Below, piece by piece: positions 8,413-17,604 of a stretch of DNA of 40,280 bases. The position numbers and the translations under genes are program-made. The stretch is from IMG/VR virus record IMGVR_UViG_3300020045_016970, positions 1 to 40,280 of that record. One strand, written 5' to 3'. This DNA comes from a virus (Duplodnaviria > Caudoviricetes). Under the pieces are notes generated by a model. It was given only the letters and a program-made list of their open reading frames with translations, was not told the DNA's origin and did no database searches. Every line of letters starts with the position of its first letter. Position 1 is the stretch's first letter.

Positions 8413-9065
8413 GGTGATGTTTTTGGCAGGAGGTTGGTTTTGACGAATTTCAATTCGGTGCGATTCGGGTAAGGTGATTGGTAGCCGGTCATCGTGAAGC
8501 CGGCGCGTTGCAGCATCCCAATGATCGCCGGCAACCACTCGTTGTTGTGGACTTCCATCATCACCGCCGAAAATTCGGCGATGCGGTCCTTGAGTGTGCC
8601 GAGGATGAAAATCTCCGCGCCCTCGGCGTCGATTTTCAGGATGTCGGCGACGGGAAGCGTGGCTGCTGAAATGGTGCGTACTTGGACGGTTTCCTTGGCA
8701 TCTTTCGGTTGGATGAGCAGCGACCATTCGCCACAGTTGAGGCCGGCGAACGAAAGGGCGGACACGGATTCTTTTTCGGCGACGGCAACGTTGTGACAGT
8801 TGATGCCTTCTTGGGATTCCAGCGCGTTGATGGTTCGTGTCAGCAGCGCAAAATTCCCCGGATGCGGCTCGTAGGCGTGAATCACGCAACCCGGCCACCG
8901 CTTGACGGACCATCGCACGAAGGCGCCGACGTTCGCGCCAATGTCCAGAATCACGGGTGGGGTTGCCGGATTGAAGGGTACGTCGTAGGAGCCGCCTTCG
9001 ATTACATCGCGGCAGTGGTCGGGGTGAACTCCGTATGATTCAGGCCACAGTGGTTCAGATGTCAT
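8409..9065 (-). CDS. FkbM-family SAM-dependent methyltransferase
   Basis: ILDIGANVG, AYEP.P.NF, LKIDAEGAE, MEVH. Confidence 0.92.
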   Translation of the reverse strand: MTSEPLWPESYGVHPDHCRDVIEGGSYDVPFNPATPPVILDIGANVGAFVRWSVKRWPGCVIHAYEPHPGNFALLTRTINALESQEGINCHNVAVAEKESVSALSFAGLNCGEWSLLIQPKDAKETVQVRTISAATLPVADILKIDAEGAEIFILGTLKDRIAEFSAVMMEVHNNEWLPAIIGMLQRAGFTMTGYQSPYPNRTELKFVKTNLLPKTSP

Positions 9066-9693
9066 GGCGATGCCCTTTTTTTATTGAAGCCGTAAGCGCC
9101 TGTTCATCGGTCCATCCTCCACGAATGACGCGAGAATGGATCGTCCCAACACCGATCCCTGTTCTTCGCGCCCATTCCGGCGCTGTCAGACATTCCCCGT
9201 TTAGTGTTAGTCGAAGGTTTCGCCGGGTATTGTTGTTGTTTACAAGCGAAGTTGTCCACCGGCAATTATCTTTGTAGTACCCCTTGTCGTTATCTATTCG
9301 GTCCAATTGCAATCCGCGTTTATATCCGGGCCACATATCGGCTTCAAAAGCCACGAAGCTATGCCATTCTTCGCAGACCGTGATTCCTCTTGCCCCATAC
9401 CACTTGAAAGCTTTGCTGCGTGGGTTGCGGCATCGGTCCAATACCCCACGCCACACACCATAGAAGCGCCGTCGTGATTTGTCAGTGGTGGCACCATGCT
9501 TTCTGGAAGTATCCGCAATGAGGCATCCGCAAGACTTGGATAACCCCCTGATTAAGTTCGACGACAAGACAAACTTCGTTACCCCGCAGTCGCATTTGCA
9601 AAACCAGAGTGTCCTTTTATTAACTGAGCGATGTTTGGATGACGCAACTAAACGTCCAAACCGTCGTCCAGTGATGTCGATTAGTGCACTCAT
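9055..9693 (-). CDS. HNH-type (homing) endonuclease
   Basis: GRRFGRL..WFCKCDCG..SCGC; RCRNP..YGARGITVCEEW; LDRIDNDKGY..NCRW; lower GC. Confidence 0.85.
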   Translation of the reverse strand: MSALIDITGRRFGRLVASSKHRSVNKRTLWFCKCDCGVTKFVLSSNLIRGLSKSCGCLIADTSRKHGATTDKSRRRFYGVWRGVLDRCRNPRSKAFKWYGARGITVCEEWHSFVAFEADMWPGYKRGLQLDRIDNDKGYYKDNCRWTTSLVNNNNTRRNLRLTLNGECLTAPEWARRTGIGVGTIHSRVIRGGWTDEQALTASIKKGHRHDI

Positions 9694-9926
9694 CGCATCA
9701 CCTCCACCATCTTCCGCGCGCGCCGAAGTTCCGTCATCGCGCGGTTCGCGCTGGACGCGCCGACAAAAGAATCCGGTAGCGGAAATTCATACGCCGTCCG
9801 CAGTGTCGTGTTGACCTCGCCCTGTACCGTTCGCCCGTTCCGCACTCGCCGTTTCTGCACCGTGGTTGCCACGTCTGGCTCCAACCTCACCATCCGCAGC
9901 CTCTTTGGGGTGGTTCGTTTCTTCAT
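9690..9926 (-). CDS. Arc-like ribbon-helix-helix regulator (paralog of 1903..2073)
   Basis: MVRLEPDVATTVQKRRVRNGRTVQGEVNTTLR; ATG 9926 preferred. Confidence 0.68.
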   Translation of the reverse strand: MKKRTTPKRLRMVRLEPDVATTVQKRRVRNGRTVQGEVNTTLRTAYEFPLPDSFVGASSANRAMTELRRARKMVEVMR

Positions 9927-9968
9927 TGGTGCTTGACGTGGCAGGCGTGTCACACATTGTCAACAAAA
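9927..9968. promoter_or_regulatory. Overlapping divergent promoters at the strand switch
   Basis: TTGACG on + (9933-9938), TTGACA on - (9958-9963), palindrome GTGTCACAC (9947-9955) between them; -10 boxes are weak. Confidence 0.5.
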
Positions 9969-10322
9969 ATGAACATTTACGGAAACAAAACCGAAGTTTT
10001 TTGCTCGTTGGACCCGTTTCAAAGGCACGTTCAGTTCTGGCTGAGGCAAACCTCATGGACACCTGATCGTCAAACATGCGCTTACGCTCAATCGCTAATT
10101 TTTAAAATAGTGACGCAAGATGAAGAGGGGAAAAACAAGGAACCCGCATTCCACCTTGGCACTGAACAAGCGCAGCAATTCATGGATGAGCTTTGGCGCA
10201 TCGGCATCCGGCCAACCGAGGGGACCGGGAGTGCCGGCGCGCTTGCCGCCGTCGAAAGACATTTGGCAGACATGCGCGCCCTGGCCTTCAACAAGGAACC
10301 GAAGGATCTACGTGCCCCGTAA
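9969..10322 (+). CDS. Hypothetical protein (117 aa) upstream of the terminase
   Basis: ATG 9969 (MNIYGNK); overlaps the terminase start. Confidence 0.7.
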   Translation: MNIYGNKTEVFCSLDPFQRHVQFWLRQTSWTPDRQTCAYAQSLIFKIVTQDEEGKNKEPAFHLGTEQAQQFMDELWRIGIRPTEGTGSAGALAAVERHLADMRALAFNKEPKDLRAP

Positions 10323-12408
10323 AATTCACTATTCTGATCATTTCCGTCCTGAATTCGGAATTCCGTGGCGCAGCCCGACCGACGAGCAAATCGCGCGGGC
10401 GTCCGACCAGCAGTTGCGCGAGTTCGCCAACGCGAAGCAGATCGTCGAGGCCCGCTCGCAGGTGTTTCCGGTTGAGGCCGGATGGAGTCTGCCGTCATGG
10501 GAGTTGATCATGGAGAATTTCCAGAAGTACGCAATTCACGTTTTGCTCGGCGGAAATCAATGCGTTGCCGGAACAACTCCCATATATGACCCGGTTACAA
10601 GAACGGAAATTGCTATCAAGGATAGAAAGAAGCCGTTTCATGTCGCCGCTTGGGACGGGGAAAGATGGCGGAAGGCCCAAGCATCAAGACCATTTACTAA
10701 GGGCGTGGAAGAAATGTTTGAGTTTACATTCAAGTGGTCGATTAACAACCACAGTCATATTACTTGCACGCGAAGTCACAAATTCATGCTACCGGATGGG
10801 AAATGGGCGACTGCCGGAACATTGAAAGTTGGCGACCGCCTGAAATGGCCAAAGGAAGTCCGGGTGCCGTGGTTGAAAGAGGGCGTCGAAATTACATCCA
10901 TTGTCCCGGTTGGACAAAAACAAGTGTGGGACATCACGGTGGAGAAATACGGGAACTACATGTGCGCCGGTGTCATAAATTCGAACTCAGGCAAAACGGT
11001 GTTCGGCTCTCGCCTCTCCGTCTGGGCGATGAACAACATCCCCGAGTGCGAAGCCTACGCCTTTCACGTCTCGGAAAAACGCTCCATCGACGATCAACAG
11101 CGGTTCATTCACGAGGCGCTGCCCGAGCATATCCGAAACTTGCCGACGAAAAAAGGCATCCATCACTCCGTCCAATACACCCAGAAGAATGGCTTCACCG
11201 ACGGCATCTGCATCGTCCCGCCGTTCCAGGGCTACCGGCGGGGCGGCTCCATCAAGTTCTACAACTACGCGCAGTACCAGCAGAACGATCAGATCATCGA
11301 GGGCATCAAGGCCCACCTGATTTGGCTGGATGAAAAAGTTCCGCTCTCGCTGCTCAACACACTCAAATATCGCCTCTTCACCTACCACGGGCGGATTCTC
11401 CTAACTTACACCGTGATCGACGGGTGGAACGATACCATCGAGAAAATCCTGGCGAAGACGAAGACGTTGGTGAAAAAGCGCAGCGAACGGCTGGGGCGCG
11501 ATTTGCCGGTCATGCAGCAGAGTCTTTCAATGGACTCCTGCGCCATCTACTACGCATGGACCGAGGACAATCCGTTTACCGACGTAAAGGAATTTTGGAA
11601 GCTCAACGCCACCGAGGACAAGGCGACCATCCTTGCCCGCGCCTATGGGGTGCCGACGAAATCCATCAGCGGGGCGTTTCCGCTGTTCAGCCGGGATGTC
11701 CATGTCATCGCGCACGAAAAGCTCCCGTGGCTGAATTTGAAGAAGAACGCGAAGGGTGACGAGATTCCGTACAAGACGACGCGATACATGAGCATCGACT
11801 TGGGTGGGTCGAAGAACTGGTGCATGTTATGGGTGGCGATTGACGCGCGGAATACGTGGTGGGTTTACCGCGAGTGGCCGGACATCAGTTACGGCGATTG
11901 GGCGCTGCCGGGCGACAAAGAGGGACCGGCGCAGAAGGGGCTTGGCTACGACATTGCCGGCTACATCGAACTCATTCGCGGATACGAAGAGGGCGAAACG
12001 ATTTTTGAGCGTTTCATTGACCCGCGCATGGGTGCCGCCGAGCGCCAGTCGAAAGACCGGGGCGCGGTGACGGTAATTTCCGATCTTGAAGATGGCGGGA
12101 TGCCGGTGATTCCAGCGCCGGCCGCATCATCGGATTCCGACAAGGGCGAAATTGAGGACGGGATTCAATTGATTTCCAACCTGCTTCATTACGACGCAGC
12201 GAAGCCGATTGACAGCCTCAACTCGCCGCGCATTTTCATCAGCGACCGCTGCCAGAATTTCATCTACTGCATGAGCGAATACACGGGGCGGCTAGGGTCG
12301 AAGGAGCACACGAAGGATTTTGTCGATCTTTTGCGTTACCTGCGCAAAGGAAATTGCGAATACGTTGATGCGAGCGCGGTGGCACCAAGCAAAACGGGGG
12401 TTTACTAA
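10312..12408 (+). CDS. terL: Terminase large subunit, intein-containing
   Basis: Walker A GGNQ|SGKT split by an intein, Walker B IWLDE, RNase H-like SIDLG...D..DLLRY; GTG 10312 is the likely start. Confidence 0.92.
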   Translation: MPRKIHYSDHFRPEFGIPWRSPTDEQIARASDQQLREFANAKQIVEARSQVFPVEAGWSLPSWELIMENFQKYAIHVLLGGNQCVAGTTPIYDPVTRTEIAIKDRKKPFHVAAWDGERWRKAQASRPFTKGVEEMFEFTFKWSINNHSHITCTRSHKFMLPDGKWATAGTLKVGDRLKWPKEVRVPWLKEGVEITSIVPVGQKQVWDITVEKYGNYMCAGVINSNSGKTVFGSRLSVWAMNNIPECEAYAFHVSEKRSIDDQQRFIHEALPEHIRNLPTKKGIHHSVQYTQKNGFTDGICIVPPFQGYRRGGSIKFYNYAQYQQNDQIIEGIKAHLIWLDEKVPLSLLNTLKYRLFTYHGRILLTYTVIDGWNDTIEKILAKTKTLVKKRSERLGRDLPVMQQSLSMDSCAIYYAWTEDNPFTDVKEFWKLNATEDKATILARAYGVPTKSISGAFPLFSRDVHVIAHEKLPWLNLKKNAKGDEIPYKTTRYMSIDLGGSKNWCMLWVAIDARNTWWVYREWPDISYGDWALPGDKEGPAQKGLGYDIAGYIELIRGYEEGETIFERFIDPRMGAAERQSKDRGAVTVISDLEDGGMPVIPAPAASSDSDKGEIEDGIQLISNLLHYDAAKPIDSLNSPRIFISDRCQNFIYCMSEYTGRLGSKEHTKDFVDLLRYLRKGNCEYVDASAVAPSKTGVY
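10561..10986 (+). mobile_element. Mini-intein (142 aa, no endonuclease) in terminase Walker A
   Basis: Starts CVAGTT, block B TCTRSHKF, block F/G VWDITVEKYGNYMCAGVINSN, +1 Ser; lower GC than flanks. Confidence 0.92.
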
Positions 12409-12602
12409 TGAAATCTATCGAAACAGAAGAACGAGATCGTCGTGCGGCATCCTACGATCGCTTAGTTTCCGCCCTTGGAATCATTGCCTGCAAAGCGCGC
12501 AACGCAAAAGATGTTCCACGGGACCAAACCATACAACTTTACGAGATCATGGAATTGGCCGAAGAGATGTTGTCGGAAATTGACGGTCGGAAAATGCCGT
12601 AG
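12408..12602 (+). CDS. Hypothetical protein (64 aa)
   Basis: TAATG overlap with the terminase stop. Confidence 0.6.
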   Translation: MKSIETEERDRRAASYDRLVSALGIIACKARNAKDVPRDQTIQLYEIMELAEEMLSEIDGRKMP

Positions 12603-12623
12603 TTCACTTCAAACTGAACTGAC
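12601..12623. promoter_or_regulatory. Palindromic motif AGTTCA-N8-TGAACT(GAC) upstream of portal
   Basis: Perfect 6-bp inverted repeat; near-identical copy at 15260-15282. Confidence 0.55.
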
Positions 12624-12660
12624 TTGCTTTTTTGGGCCGAAGCCTTAGCGATTCGGCAAG

Positions 12661-14784
12661 GTGTCAAGTTTCTCTGGAACCAATCTCGCCAACGGCCAAT
12701 CATCCGACCCCGCGCTGCAACTCGCGCCCGTCGGTAACGACGGCCCCGACTTCTCGCTGCTCAAGAAGTCGTTCGATGACACGATGACGAACCTCCAGGG
12801 GTTCTTTGATCAATGCACGGAGAACTACAACACTCGCTACGCCCTGTGGTCGGGCCAGTCGTCTGACGGCACGAAGCATCAGCGCGAAGGCTCCAAGACC
12901 ACGCCGACGCCGTGGGAGGGGGCGAGCGACCTTCAGGTGTTTCTGACCGACGAAGCCATCAATTCCAAGGTGGCGATGAAGTGTCTGGCCTTTCGCAAAG
13001 CCAACATTGTGGCCGTGCCGGTCGAGGGGAATGATTTGAAGCGGGCGAAGACGGTCGCCAATTTCATGCGCTGGCTCGTGCAGACACAGATCCCCGAGGT
13101 CGAGCGCGAGGTGGAATTGCTCGAAAACTACCTTGAGGAGACGGGCGTGGCGGCGGTGGGTTCGTTCTGGGAGGAGACACAGGAGAAAATCCTGACGACG
13201 GTGACGCTGGAACAGATGCAGCAACAGTTCCCGCAGTTGAACATGATGGAACTGATTTTCGCCGAGGAAGCCGCCGACAGCATTGTGGCGATTTTCGAGG
13301 AGATTTACGGCTGCACAAGGGCCAAGGCGAAGAAGATGCTGGGCGAGCTGCGCCAGAATCAGACGGCGACCGTTCCGACGTTGGGGCGCAAGAAATCGCG
13401 CCCGGTCATCCGCGCCTTCAACCTCAACCAGAATCTTTTCATTCCGCATTTTTCGACGGACATGGAAAACACGCCGGCGATTTTCCGCGTCGAACATTAC
13501 ACCCCCGAGCAATTGCGCGCCTTCGCCAACACGAGCGGCTGGGACAAGAATTGGGTGGAGGGGGCCATCGAGCGGTGCCGGGGCGTAAACGTCACCCTCA
13601 ACGAAAATGAATACAACCAGCCAAACAGCCGGTCGTTCATGTACCAGGACAACAAGCAGACCGACCTTGTTGCGGTGGTTTTTGCCTATCAGCGCCTTTC
13701 GGATGAAGATGGAAACACAGGGCTTTACCTGACGATTTTAAACCCGCATTTGCCGCCCGATGAGTTGCAGGACGGTTACGCGAAGTACGGGTTGCTGGGG
13801 TACGCGCACGGACAATACCCGTTCGTCCTGTTCCGACGCGAGTTTTTGTCCCGGCGCTTGCACGATACGCGCGGAATCCCGGAGCCGGGCAAGCCGATTC
13901 AGCGGCAAATCAAGGTTCATAAGGATTCGTTGATCGATGCGGCGTCGCTGGCAATTTGCCCCCCGCTGCTCTATCCAGCCGGGCGCCCGCCTGTTGTTTG
14001 GGGCGCGGGTGCCCGCGTGCCAGAGCGTCGCGCCAACGAGTATCACTACGCCGACCGCCCGGCGTTCGACCCGAGCACCGAAAAGAGCGAGGCGCAACTG
14101 CGCGCCGATTTCAACCAATACAACGGGTTCGTGTCGCGCGAAACCGACCCGACTTTCGCCAGCGTCAAAAATCAGAACGACGTGGACAAGTTCATGGCGT
14201 GTTGGTCGAAGGTGTTTCGGCAGATTTGGTCACTCTACAAGCAGTATGGTTCGCCGCAGGTTTATTTCCGCGTGTCGGGCTTGCGGGAGCTTGATCCGGT
14301 GGAGTTCAACAAGGGCGATGAAAACGAGGAGTTCGATTTCATTCTCAAGTTTTCGGTGGACAGCTTGGACCCGGAGCAGGTGTTTGCGAAGATCGAGCAG
14401 ATTGCGAAGATCGTCGCCACCGCCGACCGCGCCGGGACGGTGAATTACGCGGAGTGGTTGCAGGCGATGATTGAGTCCGTAGATCCGACCGTGGCCGAGC
14501 GCATCCTAGATCCGAAAGAGGTTGGTCAGGCGCGCGTAGTCGGCGAGATGCAGGAGTTGCTGGCGAAGGTTTACGCAGGCCAAGATCAAGACGTGAAGGA
14601 GGGAACGCCCCCTGAACTTGGGATGCAAATCATCCAAAATTACGTGCAGAACGATCCGGTTGTTCAGTCGCGAATTCAGAATCAGCAAGACCCGTTCGGT
14701 AAACGAATCGAAAAACTGATGAAGCAATTGAACATGGTGGTCATGCAGCGCGAGAACGCGCGCATAGGCCGGATAGGGGCTTAG
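12661..14784 (+). CDS. Portal (head-tail connector) protein
   Basis: 707 aa between terL and scaffold; PWEGASD, YPFV.FRRE...RGI, Q-rich helical C-terminus. Confidence 0.85.
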   Translation: MSSFSGTNLANGQSSDPALQLAPVGNDGPDFSLLKKSFDDTMTNLQGFFDQCTENYNTRYALWSGQSSDGTKHQREGSKTTPTPWEGASDLQVFLTDEAINSKVAMKCLAFRKANIVAVPVEGNDLKRAKTVANFMRWLVQTQIPEVEREVELLENYLEETGVAAVGSFWEETQEKILTTVTLEQMQQQFPQLNMMELIFAEEAADSIVAIFEEIYGCTRAKAKKMLGELRQNQTATVPTLGRKKSRPVIRAFNLNQNLFIPHFSTDMENTPAIFRVEHYTPEQLRAFANTSGWDKNWVEGAIERCRGVNVTLNENEYNQPNSRSFMYQDNKQTDLVAVVFAYQRLSDEDGNTGLYLTILNPHLPPDELQDGYAKYGLLGYAHGQYPFVLFRREFLSRRLHDTRGIPEPGKPIQRQIKVHKDSLIDAASLAICPPLLYPAGRPPVVWGAGARVPERRANEYHYADRPAFDPSTEKSEAQLRADFNQYNGFVSRETDPTFASVKNQNDVDKFMACWSKVFRQIWSLYKQYGSPQVYFRVSGLRELDPVEFNKGDENEEFDFILKFSVDSLDPEQVFAKIEQIAKIVATADRAGTVNYAEWLQAMIESVDPTVAERILDPKEVGQARVVGEMQELLAKVYAGQDQDVKEGTPPELGMQIIQNYVQNDPVVQSRIQNQQDPFGKRIEKLMKQLNMVVMQRENARIGRIGA

Positions 14785-14787
14785 CCG

Positions 14788-14976
14788 ATGGAATCCAACA
14801 ATAACACCACGAATTGGGCCGAGGACGGGACGTACAAGATGTATAAAGAATGGATGTCTCCCGAATGCTGGGAGCATGATTTGAAGTTCATGCAAAGCTA
14901 TCCTGCCGGCTGGCCGAAAGAAACATGTGACCGGCTGATTGCGATCTTCTCTCAACTCATCAACGACCACAAATGA
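14788..14976 (+). CDS. Hypothetical protein (62 aa)
   Basis: Coupled ORF. Confidence 0.55.
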   Translation: MESNNNTTNWAEDGTYKMYKEWMSPECWEHDLKFMQSYPAGWPKETCDRLIAIFSQLINDHK

Positions 14977-15230
14977 CTTCCGCCGAATACGAGATCAACC
15001 GCCAGCGTGCGTTTCAGGAAGCGATGGCCGGGCTTGTGATGGACGGTCGCTTCACGCATGTCATCGACGTTATCCGGGAATATCGCGAGATGACGATTAG
15101 AAATCTGTTTGAGGGAAACGTGATTGGCAATGAGCGCGCGACGCTGGCGTGCATCGGTGAACTTAGGGCATACGACAGTATCCTTTCAATCTACGAAGAT
15201 TTTCGGAAGCGCGGGGCCGAGGTGGCGTAG
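14973..15230 (+). CDS. Small head-module protein after portal
   Basis: 85 aa helical ORF at a position commonly occupied between podovirus portal and scaffold. Confidence 0.65.
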   Translation: MTSAEYEINRQRAFQEAMAGLVMDGRFTHVIDVIREYREMTIRNLFEGNVIGNERATLACIGELRAYDSILSIYEDFRKRGAEVA

Positions 15231-15259
15231 GCTCGCGTTGGCGGTGGGTGTCAGTGTTC

Positions 15260-15306
15260 AGTTCAATCTGAAATGAATTGACATTCGTTCGCGTTCAGTT
15301 CCATAA
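15260..15306 (+). promoter_or_regulatory. Palindrome AGTTCA-N8-TGAATT overlapping a TTGACA -35 box upstream of scaffold
   Basis: Motif 15260-15279, TTGACA 15278-15283. Confidence 0.55.
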
Positions 15307-15367
15307 GGACTCACTTGGCAATCCCGCCATGCTGTCAGAAGCGCGTTTCTTGAACGCCTAAAAAATC

Positions 15368-16576
15368 ATGCTGAAAGCGGACAATATCGAGGTCACTTCA
15401 CCGACCACCGAAAAACCGGGTGATGCGAAAAAGGGAGAGGGCAATCTCACGATGGGCCAGGCGGCGGCGCAACTCTTCGCGAAAGCGGAGAAAGATGCGG
15501 CGCAAAAGCCGGACCACCAAGCTGCGGAAGAGAAAGCCCCGGAGTCGGACTCCACACCTCCAGAAACACCCTCCGCAGCGGAAGCATCACCTGCTTCTGA
15601 ATCAGCACCAGCCGAGGAGACCGCGAGCGCCGAGACGACAGAGGCGAGCGCCGAAACCAACGCGGATGCCGATACCGTTCATTCCCAGAAATCTCAATTC
15701 ACTCCAGAGCAACAGGAGATTTTCAACAAGCGACTTGGAAAGGAAGTTGCCAAGACCAAGGCGATAGAAGCCAAAATGGCCGAGGCAGCAGCCCGACTGG
15801 CGGAGCTTGAGGCGAAGTTGAATCAGAGTGCGGCGGCGGCAGCACCAGAGGCACCGGCAACCCCGGCCCCCGTGGTGGTGTTGGGCAACCAGCCCCTCGC
15901 CGAGCACAACGATTTCGCGTCGCTCCAAAAACTTCATCAGTCAGCCAAAGAGGCGGTCAGATTCGTCGAAGAGACGTTGGACAGCCCGAAGGCGTGGAAG
16001 ACACAGACCATCACCGACCCGGACACCGGCGAGGAAACGACGGTAAAATTCACGACCATCGGGAAGGAGACGTACACCGAGGCGGATTTGAAAGCGAGTG
16101 CGCGCAGGGCTAAGATTACGCTGGAAGACCACATTCCGGCCCGTGCCCAATTTCTGACCGCACGAACCGCCGCGCAGGAAATAGCCTTCAAGGAATTTCC
16201 GTTCCTGAAGGACAAGAGTTCTCCTGAGTATCAGATGGCCGAAGCTGCCCGACGAGATCCCGCCAACGCGGCGATTCTCGCCCAGCCCAACGCTGATTGG
16301 ATTATTGGTGTTCAAATCGAAGGCATGAAGGCGATAAAAGCGCGCAAGGAAGCCGCCCAGGCTCCCGCGCCCAAGCCTAAACCTCCGGCGGCAAAACCAG
16401 CCAATGATCAAACGGTCGTATCGACCTCGGCAGCATCCATCCGGCAACCGGCAGGCGGTGCTGACAGACAGGCGCTCGTCAACGAGAGAATGAGATTATC
16501 GAAGAAAGGCGGTATCAGTTCAGAAGACGCTGTGAAGTTTCTTCAACAAAGTGAACTGTTACGCAAATCTCGATAG
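15368..16576 (+). CDS. Capsid scaffolding protein
   Basis: 402 aa, acidic A/E/P-rich N-terminus, coiled coil, immediately before the MCP. Confidence 0.8.
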   Translation: MLKADNIEVTSPTTEKPGDAKKGEGNLTMGQAAAQLFAKAEKDAAQKPDHQAAEEKAPESDSTPPETPSAAEASPASESAPAEETASAETTEASAETNADADTVHSQKSQFTPEQQEIFNKRLGKEVAKTKAIEAKMAEAAARLAELEAKLNQSAAAAAPEAPATPAPVVVLGNQPLAEHNDFASLQKLHQSAKEAVRFVEETLDSPKAWKTQTITDPDTGEETTVKFTTIGKETYTEADLKASARRAKITLEDHIPARAQFLTARTAAQEIAFKEFPFLKDKSSPEYQMAEAARRDPANAAILAQPNADWIIGVQIEGMKAIKARKEAAQAPAPKPKPPAAKPANDQTVVSTSAASIRQPAGGADRQALVNERMRLSKKGGISSEDAVKFLQQSELLRKSR

Positions 16577-16578
16577 TC

Positions 16579-17583
16579 ATGGCTTTAGCAACATCTTACA
16601 ACGTCGCGGGGGACCGAGAAGCCCTCACCGACTACCTCACTATTCTCGAACCGGAAGACACGCCCAAAGTGTCATCCTTCGCCAAGACCACCAAGGTAAC
16701 GAATACTTACCAGACGTGGCAGGCCGATACCCTCGCCAATGTTGATTTCGCCGGCGTCTTGGAAGGCCAGGACGTTGCCGCGTTCAACAACGAAGCCGCC
16801 AATCGCGGTCGCTTCGGCAATTACGTCCAGAAGTTCTGGCGCCCGTGGATGGTTTCCGACCTCCAGGAGGCGTCCGACCCGGCCGGCGTTCCGAGCGAAG
16901 TCGCGAACTCCAAGGTCAAGGCGATGCGCGAACTCAAGCGCAGCATCGAAGCGGCCGTGGGCTCCGACAACGACATGCAGGCCGACACCGGCTTGCTGCC
17001 GTACAAGACGCGCGGCTTGGGCGAGTGGATCAAGACAACCGCCCAGACCACGAACCCCGTGCCAACGTCGTTTCTGACGCCTTCTGGCAACATCGACACC
17101 ACCGCCACTGCTGCGCTCACGGAGGCGCTGTTCAACGGCGTTTTCCAGAGCATCTTCACGCAGAACGGTGGCAAGCGCGCGTACAGCCTTTTCGCCGGCC
17201 CGAATTTGGTCACTGCGGTGAACAAGTTCCAGCGGCAGGAAGGCACGACCACCATGAAGACCTACACGGTGGTTCAGGATGCGGACGAGCGGACCATCAC
17301 GCTCGATGTCAGCATCTACCGTGGCAGCTTCCACACCGTCACGATCATCCCCGATATGTTCAACGGCCTGTTGGACGGAGCGGCGGTGACGACCACGACC
17401 AACCAGCAGTTGGCGCGCGGTTACGTGATCGATCAAGCCCTTGTCGGCATCGGCTCGATGTTGGGCGTCAACTCGATGGAGCTGGAAAATCAGGGCGGTG
17501 GCCGTCGCGGCCTCGTCCAGAGCGCCTTGCTCCTCGTGGTCAAGAATCCTCGCGGTCTCGGCAAATTCGCCGCCACCAGCTAA
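16579..17583 (+). CDS. Major capsid protein (DUF5309/SU10-like HK97 fold)
   Basis: GDREALTDYLTILEPEDTP..S...TWQADTL; GNYVQKF; K.MRELKRSIEAA; ends LVVKNPRGLG. Confidence 0.88.
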   Translation: MALATSYNVAGDREALTDYLTILEPEDTPKVSSFAKTTKVTNTYQTWQADTLANVDFAGVLEGQDVAAFNNEAANRGRFGNYVQKFWRPWMVSDLQEASDPAGVPSEVANSKVKAMRELKRSIEAAVGSDNDMQADTGLLPYKTRGLGEWIKTTAQTTNPVPTSFLTPSGNIDTTATAALTEALFNGVFQSIFTQNGGKRAYSLFAGPNLVTAVNKFQRQEGTTTMKTYTVVQDADERTITLDVSIYRGSFHTVTIIPDMFNGLLDGAAVTTTTNQQLARGYVIDQALVGIGSMLGVNSMELENQGGGRRGLVQSALLLVVKNPRGLGKFAATS

Positions 17584-17604
17584 CCCTCAACGGAGAATAC
17601 TACA

